Shown piece after piece: positions 25,604 to 32,000 of a stretch of 32,000 nucleotides of DNA. The position numbers and the translations under genes are program-made. The first letter of the stretch is position 1, and each line of letters begins with the position of its first letter. The notes under the pieces were generated by a model. That model worked only from the letters and a program-made list of their open reading frames with translations. It had not been told where the DNA came from and did not search any database. Source of the stretch: Chloroflexota bacterium (GTDB taxonomy: Bacteria; Chloroflexota; UBA11872; VXOZ01); assembly GCA_964291655.2 (NCBI GenBank), contig OZ219801.1, positions 755,377 to 787,376 of the forward strand, read 5' to 3'.

Positions 25604-27511
25604 TTATTCCGAACTGGTTCCCGCCGCAGCGGCAGCGGCTTGCTCAGCGGGAGAGGCGTCCGCAGTCGCCGGACTCACCGCAACGCCATCTGAATCCTCC
25701 GCTGGATCTCCATCGACCGAGGGCGTAGGTGATTCTGCGGGCTTCTGTGGCCCTCTGACCCGATCGACCAGACGGCGCAGTTGTTGGTCGTCCGGAGCCA
25801 CTGCAACACCCGCTTCCCCTACCGCCAAGGCTTCAGCCTCATTGTCAGTCTCTAAGTGCGTCCATACGAGCATTCGGTAGAGAAACGCCTGCGCATGCGA
25901 ATCGTCTGCCCGCTTTGCAATTTCCAGCCCCTGCGAAAACTGTTCAAGAGCGTCCACGAACTTGCCCCGCTCGTAGCAAATGCGGCCGAGCACGGCGACA
26001 GGCGCGTAGTTATCGGGGTTATCCAGCACAAGCTGTTCCGCCATCATGGCTGCGCGCGTGTGCTCGCCTGCCACGGCGAGTTGCTGAGCAAAGGCGAGCG
26101 CAGCGTCCAGGTTGTCCGGCTCTTGTTGGGTCGCCTGCTCCAAAGCGGCCAAGGACTCTTGGTGCTCGCCCTTAAGCATGTGTTGCAGCGCAGTTGCCAT
26201 TCCCGTGGTTGCCGATGAAGTTGCCACCGCAGGTTTTGCAGGTTCCTTTTCCTTTTCCTGAGCCTCCACATTTGCGGGCGGCTCAGGCTGGGGTCGTTTC
26301 CGCCCACCGCTTTCACGAACTGGTGTGTCTGACGCACCCCGCGAAGTTGCTTTTGCCGTGCCCGTGTCAGAGCGTGGCTGGCGGGCCGGCGGCGACGCCT
26401 GTCGCGGTCGCGTCCCCCGTCCCCGCTGGCGTGCGGCGTCGTCGCCGCGAGTAGATTGGCCGTTGCTGCTCTTGGCGGCGCGCTCCAGCTCTTGCTTCCG
26501 AGATTGAACATCCTTATAGCGGCTGTCCAAATTGCCGCAGCGGGTATAGGCTTCGAGTGCCTTATCCGGTGCGCCCAGTTTTTCGTACACTTGGCCGAGG
26601 TCGTAGTAGATCTCCGCATCGTCATCCTGCTGACGCACCACGTCTTCGAGTTCATTCGCAGCATCAGAATTCCGCCCCAAGGCGGAAAGGGTAAGCGCCA
26701 GCCGATGCCGGTAGCGCGCCTGACGCGGCATCAATCGCACTGCCTGCGAGAAGTGGTTCAGCGCTCGCGACAATTCGCTGCGATCGAAGGAATTGCGACC
26801 GAGGCTATACAGCCGGGCAGCCAGCATATTGCGATCAACGTGCGTATCCAGGGTTTCACCGAGCGGCAATTCCGGCTGATCGAATTGCGCCTGTTCCGTG
26901 CGGCGCTTCTCATTCTCGATCACCAGCGAGAGCAGCAGCCCCAGGTCGATGTATCCGTCTGCGACAAGCTTCAAGCCGGGATCGCTACCCACGCCAAAGT
27001 TGCCTACCATTACTTGGACGCCGCGGTCACGGAGCCGGGAAAACACCGGAATGAAGTCCCCGTCTCCGGTCAGCGCGAACGCCTTGTCATAGAAACCTAC
27101 AAAGTCGAGCATGTCCAGCGACATCTCGATGTCCAGATTGCCTTTGTAGCCCCCTCCCGGCAGCTCTTTAGACCGCTTATGGACCACACGAAAGCCGTGG
27201 GTTACCAGATAGTCAAGCTGCTGGCGAAAGCCCTCTACCCGCAAGTCCGTGCCCGTATAGTAATAAGCTCCCAGGAGCGTATCGTCTCCTCGGAGCTGGT
27301 CTCGAATTAGGTGCCACGGCACGCGCATGATGCCGATGTCTCGGGCTTGGCGTTCGATGTTGGCCGCATCGATGAAAATCATCAGGCGATGCGGCTTTGT
27401 AGACTGAAGGGGTGTACCGATTGCGGATTTTAGCGATTCTAGCGGGTGCCCGCAGGCAATACAGATGAGGCTACTGCCTCTGTTCAAACTCCCACACGTA
27501 GGACAATTCAT
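25604..27511 (-). CDS. zinc-ribbon / NYN (LabA-like) nuclease-domain / TPR-repeat protein
   Basis: 635 aa. N-terminal CPTCG...CIACG zinc ribbon, then NYN blocks MIFIDAANIERQ and FALTGDGDFIPVFSRLRDRGVQV. Two TPR regions are separated by a low-complexity basic linker, and the tail is acidic. Confidence 0.85.
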   Translation of the reverse strand: MNCPTCGSLNRGSSLICIACGHPLESLKSAIGTPLQSTKPHRLMIFIDAANIERQARDIGIMRVPWHLIRDQLRGDDTLLGAYYYTGTDLRVEGFRQQLDYLVTHGFRVVHKRSKELPGGGYKGNLDIEMSLDMLDFVGFYDKAFALTGDGDFIPVFSRLRDRGVQVMVGNFGVGSDPGLKLVADGYIDLGLLLSLVIENEKRRTEQAQFDQPELPLGETLDTHVDRNMLAARLYSLGRNSFDRSELSRALNHFSQAVRLMPRQARYRHRLALTLSALGRNSDAANELEDVVRQQDDDAEIYYDLGQVYEKLGAPDKALEAYTRCGNLDSRYKDVQSRKQELERAAKSSNGQSTRGDDAARQRGRGTRPRQASPPARQPRSDTGTAKATSRGASDTPVRESGGRKRPQPEPPANVEAQEKEKEPAKPAVATSSATTGMATALQHMLKGEHQESLAALEQATQQEPDNLDAALAFAQQLAVAGEHTRAAMMAEQLVLDNPDNYAPVAVLGRICYERGKFVDALEQFSQGLEIAKRADDSHAQAFLYRMLVWTHLETDNEAEALAVGEAGVAVAPDDQQLRRLVDRVRGPQKPAESPTPSVDGDPAEDSDGVAVSPATADASPAEQAAAAAAGTSSE

Positions 27512-28141
27512 TACAATACGTCGTGCCTCACTCTTCCAAATTCCCTTGAATAATAGGGGTCACGTGTCCGGCGTGCCCTTAGCAGGTATGATACCACAGT
27601 TCAATCCATGTAGTGCCGCGGCGGGCGCAGCGGCTATGCCCTTCGATCAATGCAACGGTAAACACGTCGTACTATTCGGTGGAACGATTGACTTGCCTAA
27701 AACCCCGATTGCTTTCCGTTGACCGACAGGACTCGAGGCGGTAGCATTGAGGCGCGCTTTACCATCTGGCGATCGGTAGGGACGCTAAGGCCTATGAAAA
27801 CGCGTCAATTGGCTTGCTAGCCACATTGAATTCTCGAGTGAGATTAGGCTAGTCCCGATTCAAGGCGCCTGGCCGACTGTACGAGCGAGTTCAAGTCTCT
27901 CTTAATTCCGCTTACTTGAAGTTGGTGGTTGCCATGTCGAATAGTCCGTCTAAGGCGTTCTCTTCTCATTTGGAAACACATCTATTACACATCAAGTCAG
28001 GAATCTCCAGACGATGCTTGCGCAATAACTGTTGACTTCAAGGCCTTCAAAGAGGATCCGGAGGAACTCCGGCTTGGGCCAACGCTTCTAACTTGAGGAA
28101 ACACAAATCTGAGAATCATAAACTGAAGACCAGAGGAAATC

Positions 28142-29311
28142 TTGGACACTAGAAACCAGAGCTGGACTAGTCTGCTGAAACAAGAAGGGCCCGACTTCCT
28201 AGCATGGTTAAGGACCCAGCGAACCCTATCAAGAAAGTTCGACGTATTGTCGAAAGCTCTATCGACACTCTTGCAGAACTGTATTCGCACACCAGAGCAA
28301 GCCGCGGATGTTTGGAAGGCCGTGCCAGCGGTGATTGAACGCTGTAACGAAAGGGAAACCTATGAAATGCCCGGAGCCGCGTGCGCTTACGCGTGGCTTC
28401 ACTTGCTTGACCGATACGTCCGAACGTGGTTTGCCTTGGAACTGCTCGTAGAGAAACATTGTCTTCCGATGGGGAAGAAAGGAGTACGTGCATTGGATGT
28501 AGGCACCGGGCCTGGTCCATCCGCATTCGCTATTCACGACTTCTATGCCTCAATGGTCGAGTTTTCTCAGACGCTTTCTCAGACGCGGGATGATTCCAAG
28601 TGGCGACAACCATCGCATGTAACCTGTGTCGAATTTGATGGGAGTACCAACCACTTTAGACATCTCCTCGCTGAGGTGATTTTCGAGCAGGCCCAACGCG
28701 AATCCGAAGGGGTCCTTGCGATGTGTGGCAACTTGGCGGACTTCGGAGAGGTAGAGCCTACGCGAGAGCGTATGGAGCATTTTCAGGCTCTAAGTAACGC
28801 CGAGGAAACGTATTTTGATGAAGTAAGAGGCGAATGGACTTCGGACCTGTTGTACTTGCCGTACGAAGCCAACTACATCGCTCAATCTCAGCACCGATAC
28901 CGCCTAATCACGTTCAGCAACTTCCTTACTACTGTGAAGACCGCGAAGTGCTTTAAACCAAACTTAGTTGATATATTTTGCGATGCAGCGCCAGGAACCG
29001 TGTTGCTAGTACTCGGAGGGACAGGAGGCCCCTATCCCGAGGTATACCAATACACAGACCAGTTAGCCGAGCCAGCGGGTTTTGAACTGGGAATTCATGA
29101 CGAAACTGTATCTTGTGCAGGTAGCGAGTTTGCATGCCGAGTTTATGAAGAGGGACGTCAGTTCTACGAGTTCCTCCAAGGACTTTCGCCAAACAAGGAT
29201 GCCGCGACAAAGTGTGTTCGTGACGAATTCGAAGGGCGAAAGGCAGTTCATTTCTCTTGCAGTGGGGTACGAGTATATCGGAAACATTGGTACGCAAAGG
29301 GTAAGAATTGA
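28142..29311 (+). CDS. Rsm22-like class I SAM-dependent methyltransferase-fold protein
   Basis: 389 aa with a TTG start preceded by GAGGAAA. Motif I is RALDVGTGPGPSAFAI, preceded by AYAWLHLLDRY. Later RLITFSNFLTT and GTVLLVLGGTGGPYPE follow the order of blocks in the Rsm22 family. The gene lies in a low-GC segment. Confidence 0.6.
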   Translation: MDTRNQSWTSLLKQEGPDFLAWLRTQRTLSRKFDVLSKALSTLLQNCIRTPEQAADVWKAVPAVIERCNERETYEMPGAACAYAWLHLLDRYVRTWFALELLVEKHCLPMGKKGVRALDVGTGPGPSAFAIHDFYASMVEFSQTLSQTRDDSKWRQPSHVTCVEFDGSTNHFRHLLAEVIFEQAQRESEGVLAMCGNLADFGEVEPTRERMEHFQALSNAEETYFDEVRGEWTSDLLYLPYEANYIAQSQHRYRLITFSNFLTTVKTAKCFKPNLVDIFCDAAPGTVLLVLGGTGGPYPEVYQYTDQLAEPAGFELGIHDETVSCAGSEFACRVYEEGRQFYEFLQGLSPNKDAATKCVRDEFEGRKAVHFSCSGVRVYRKHWYAKGKN

Positions 29312-29523
29312 GCAAATCGCGTCAACAGGACTTGAGGGCGACCATTCTTTCGCGACCTCTCAAGGCTTCCTGCACAACAGCCCAGCACACTTGGTGACTT
29401 TAGTCCAAACTTACATGCTAGTCATTTAGTGTAGCAATACCATCCACTAGAGAGTTCGAATTCCCGTCCCACTAGGCCCCTGGAGTCTCGCAACCTACGA
29501 GATTTCCAACTAAAGGAGTTTCG

Positions 29524-30393
29524 ATGATGTCCGCGCAGAAACTCTACAAAGTTGGCGTCACCGGCTATCCCCTTTCACATACGCTCTCCCCTGCCTTTCA
29601 ACAGCCGGCGTTCGACCACTACGGTATACCGGCTACGTACCGCACGTACCCTGTGACAGCGGCAGAATTGCCGTCATTGACCGCCGCGATGCGCAGCGCG
29701 GAGTGGCTGGGGCTCAACGTGACCATTCCGCATAAAGAAGCCGTGGCTGCCCTGGTTGACCGTTGCACTCCTACTGCTGAAAACATAGGCGCCGTCAATA
29801 CGCTCTTCAAAGACAGCGGGAGCCTCATCGGCGACAACACCGATGCTTACGGCTTCTTGACTGCGTTGCGGACGGACGGTGCTACCGACCCCGCAGGCGC
29901 AAAGGTGGTCGTGTTGGGCGCAGGCGGAGCGGGACGCGCCGTGCTCGTGGCGCTTGCGCAGGGCGGCGCTGCGCAAATCACACTTGCCAACCGGCACCGC
30001 GAGCGTGCCGAAGGTCTCTTGAGCGCCCTTGAAGAATCGCTGAGCGCCCAGGACTGCAATGTGGTGGACTGGGCCAGCACGGCGCTGCACCAAGCTGCGG
30101 CAGCGGCAGACATCATCGTAAACTCCACCGCCGTGGGCATGTCCAAGGGGCCCGCGCCGGAGCTGTCACCTCTGCCCTCGCACGTGTTCCAAGGAAACCA
30201 GTTCGTATTCGACCTCGTCTACACTCCCAGCCACACGCCCCTGCTACGCCATGCCCAAGAGGGAGGGGCACGCACCCTGGACGGCCTCCCAATGCTCGTC
30301 TATCAAGGCGCCGCGGCCTTCGAACGCTGGACAGCAAAGCCCGCGCCCCTTAAACTGATGAAGGCCAAGGCACTGGCCGCGCTTAGTGCGTGA
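29524..30393 (+). CDS. aroE: shikimate 5-dehydrogenase
   Basis: 289 aa. It has GYPLSHTLSPAFQQPAF, LNVTIPHK, NTDAYGF and GAGGAGRAV. The RBS AAAGGAG lies upstream of the ATG. Confidence 0.92.
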   Translation: MMSAQKLYKVGVTGYPLSHTLSPAFQQPAFDHYGIPATYRTYPVTAAELPSLTAAMRSAEWLGLNVTIPHKEAVAALVDRCTPTAENIGAVNTLFKDSGSLIGDNTDAYGFLTALRTDGATDPAGAKVVVLGAGGAGRAVLVALAQGGAAQITLANRHRERAEGLLSALEESLSAQDCNVVDWASTALHQAAAAADIIVNSTAVGMSKGPAPELSPLPSHVFQGNQFVFDLVYTPSHTPLLRHAQEGGARTLDGLPMLVYQGAAAFERWTAKPAPLKLMKAKALAALSA

Positions 30394-30478
30394 TGCTCGG
30401 TATTTGACTGCCCATGAGCACTGGAAGAAAGAACTGAGTTTGCCTGCTTTGGGTAACTAAAACAGATAAGTCAATCTC

Positions 30479-31111
30479 ATGCCAATTGACCATGGATCAG
30501 TGGACCCGGTTGCAAAGCTCGTCGACTCAATTGACGGTTCATTTGGTACGATACTTGCTGACCCTCCCTGGAGATTCAATAACCGCACAGGCAGAGTAGC
30601 TCCAGAATATCGCCGCCTCCCTCGCTATTCGTCAATGTCCATCCATGAGATTTTGACTCTTCCCGTACGTGAGTTTGCACTTGAAAACTGCCATCTATAT
30701 CTGTGGGTTCCAAATGCTCTAATACAACAGGGCTTGTCTGTCATGGAACAATGGGGTTTCCAATACAAAACAAACATCGTCTGGTATAAGACTCGTAAAG
30801 ATGGCGGGCCAGACGGACGCGGAGTTGGCTTCTATTTTAGAAATGTCACTGAATTGGTTCTCTTTGGAGTTCGTGGGAACATACGTACACTGGAGCCAGG
30901 CAGGAGACAGGTCAACATCGTAATGAGTCAAAAACGTGAACACTCCCGAAAGCCAGACGAACTATACGACATAATTGAGCAGTGCAGTCCCGGCCCTTAC
31001 CTAGAATTGTTCGCACGACACGCTCGGCCAGGATGGGTTCAATGGGGAAACGAGGTTAGCCACAGGTTAGCGACACTAGACAAGAGTGCCAACTCATCGA
31101 ATAGCACCTAA
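30479..31111 (+). CDS. MT-A70-family N6-adenine methyltransferase
   Basis: 210 aa. It has the ILADPPWRF catalytic DPPW motif, HLYLWV, SRKPDELYDIIE and ELFARHARPGWVQWGNE. The gene is low in GC. Confidence 0.9.
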   Translation: MPIDHGSVDPVAKLVDSIDGSFGTILADPPWRFNNRTGRVAPEYRRLPRYSSMSIHEILTLPVREFALENCHLYLWVPNALIQQGLSVMEQWGFQYKTNIVWYKTRKDGGPDGRGVGFYFRNVTELVLFGVRGNIRTLEPGRRQVNIVMSQKREHSRKPDELYDIIEQCSPGPYLELFARHARPGWVQWGNEVSHRLATLDKSANSSNST

Positions 31112-31153
31112 GCTGTCAATTATGCTGATGCGAATACCTTAGACTTTCGTCGT

Positions 31154-32000
31154 ATGCGCTCCCGGCAGGTCATCATGGAAAGAGTTAACAAGCGAGGAGA
31201 GGTCACTGGTTTCGTCTCCGGAACCGACCTTGAACGAGAGCGGAGGCAACGCCGCAAGGCTGCCCACGAGAAGACCGTACCATTGGGTCAAGTTTCGAAT
31301 TATGCTGATGATGGTTGGGAGATTGTCCGGCGCAACAAGAGAACCGCTCGAGTCCAAAAGGCAAAGCCCGAAGACCAAAGACTTGAAGACGATGTTTGGA
31401 CTTTGCTTGCAGACATGGGATTTTGCGAGATCAGCCAAGGACGTCATTTCAAAATTCCTGTTAGCGGTTCGACTTTAGGAGTTCCTCCCAAGCAAATCGA
31501 TGTGCTTGCAGTTGATAGTGACACTGCAATGGTGGTGGAGTGTAAGGCCTCGGATACAATTAGGTCGCGCTCTCTCCAAAAGGACCTAAATGAAACTCGA
31601 GGGTTGCAGGATGGGATTCGTTCTACCATTCACCGCCATTTCGAAGCACATCTAAGAGTGTGTTTTGTTTACGTTACAAGGAACATTCGTTGGAGTAGCC
31701 AAGATTTAGGACGAGCCAAAGACCATCAAATTGCCGTGATTCGAGATAGGCAAATCGACTACTACCGAAGGCTGACAGACATTATTCAGACAGCTGCAAG
31801 GCACCAGTTTCAGGCAGACCTTCTTGAGGGATCTTCCGTTCGAGGTTTGAGCGCTACAGTACCAGCCCTTCGTGGCAAGTTTGGAAAGAATGTCTTCTAT
31901 CAGTTTGCGATTGAGCCCGATAAATTGCTGAAACTTGCTTATGTTAGCCACCGATCTAAGGTTGACAGCAAGGTTATAGGTACGTACCAACGGCTTCTAA
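31154..32000 (+). CDS. partial ORF (runs off the window): N-terminal PD-(D/E)xK nuclease-like domain fused to the beginning of a DndB/DGQHR-like (ParB-fold) domain
   Basis: This ORF is not in the supplied track. I read 282 consecutive sense codons from the ATG at 31154 (second ATG at 31175) to the window end with no stop. It contains EDDVW...IDVLAVDSDTAMVVECK (E...D...ExK). Later, VPALRGKFGKNVFYQFAIEPDKLLKLAYVSHR...GTYQRLL resembles the N-terminal part of DndB/DGQHR proteins. It starts 42 nt after the MT-A70 stop, in the same frame. Confidence 0.7.
   Translation, partial: MRSRQVIMERVNKRGEVTGFVSGTDLERERRQRRKAAHEKTVPLGQVSNYADDGWEIVRRNKRTARVQKAKPEDQRLEDDVWTLLADMGFCEISQGRHFKIPVSGSTLGVPPKQIDVLAVDSDTAMVVECKASDTIRSRSLQKDLNETRGLQDGIRSTIHRHFEAHLRVCFVYVTRNIRWSSQDLGRAKDHQIAVIRDRQIDYYRRLTDIIQTAARHQFQADLLEGSSVRGLSATVPALRGKFGKNVFYQFAIEPDKLLKLAYVSHRSKVDSKVIGTYQRLL

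Noticed and set aside
26456-27310. 284-aa plus-strand ORF
   Set aside because: It is antisense to the NYN-TPR gene, which has clear domain signatures. No motifs of its own were seen.
27884-27912. tRNA T-arm-like fragment (gcgagttcaagtctctc) and a second one at 29447-29475 (gagagttcgaattcccg), considered as possible att remnants flanking the low-GC segment
   Set aside because: Neither folds into a proper T-arm or acceptor stem. The two share only about 8 nt with each other and do not match the 3' end of the tRNA-Pro at 21032-21108. This is probably chance.
27934-28035. 33-codon plus-strand ORF (MSNSPSKAFSSHLETHLLHIKSGISRRCLRNNC) in the long ORF-free gap
   Set aside because: There is no RBS, no recognisable motif and no supporting context. 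I noted it only as the single ATG-initiated small ORF I read in that gap.
31139-31990. Three minus-strand track ORFs (102, 61 and 94 aa)
   Set aside because: They overlap the uninterrupted 282-codon plus-strand frame that carries PD-(D/E)xK and DndB-like signatures. The minus-strand peptides have no motifs.

Overview
High-GC (about 60-70% in the lines I hand-counted) chromosomal segment. It is probably from a Chloroflexota-like genome. That is an inference from three dispersed short-repeat families whose translations (FDKLRANG/SLSKGER-like, RGTSPRA-like, PSPxGEG-like) I associate with that phylum; I cannot confirm it without a search. Left to right the window holds: folP coupled to a GT-C membrane glycosyltransferase; a sulfatase-family enzyme; a GT2 gene with a broken 5' end; one IS1182-family insertion sequence. 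Next comes a sugar-modification neighbourhood (deacetylase-like protein, DegT aminotransferase, enolase-superfamily enzyme, Gfo/Idh/MocA oxidoreductase). It surrounds a 1063-aa secreted protein built from six ~115-130-aa two-cysteine modules plus a ~115-residue (Thr-Pro)n tail. Then follows a sulfur-trafficking neighbourhood: TusA-like plus YeeE/YedE, tRNA-Pro(GGG), a LarE-type PP-loop sulfurtransferase, a Uma2 endonuclease, and a JAMM peptidase, MoeB/ThiF E1-like enzyme and Rrf2 regulator. No ubiquitin-like carrier gene is visible there. After that comes a Zn-ribbon-NYN-TPR protein. The right end has two clearly lower-GC segments (hand counts 37-52%) on either side of aroE. The first carries an Rsm22-like SAM methyltransferase-fold gene. 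The second carries an MT-A70 (DPPW) adenine methyltransferase, followed 42 nt later by an ORF that is absent from the supplied track because it runs off the window (31154 to >32000). That ORF fuses a PD-(D/E)xK nuclease-like domain to the start of a DndB/DGQHR-like domain. I consider this pair the best candidate for an undescribed DNA-modification or defence module. The modular TP-tailed secreted protein is the second most interesting object. No CRISPR array, rRNA, reverse transcriptase or prophage structural genes were seen.
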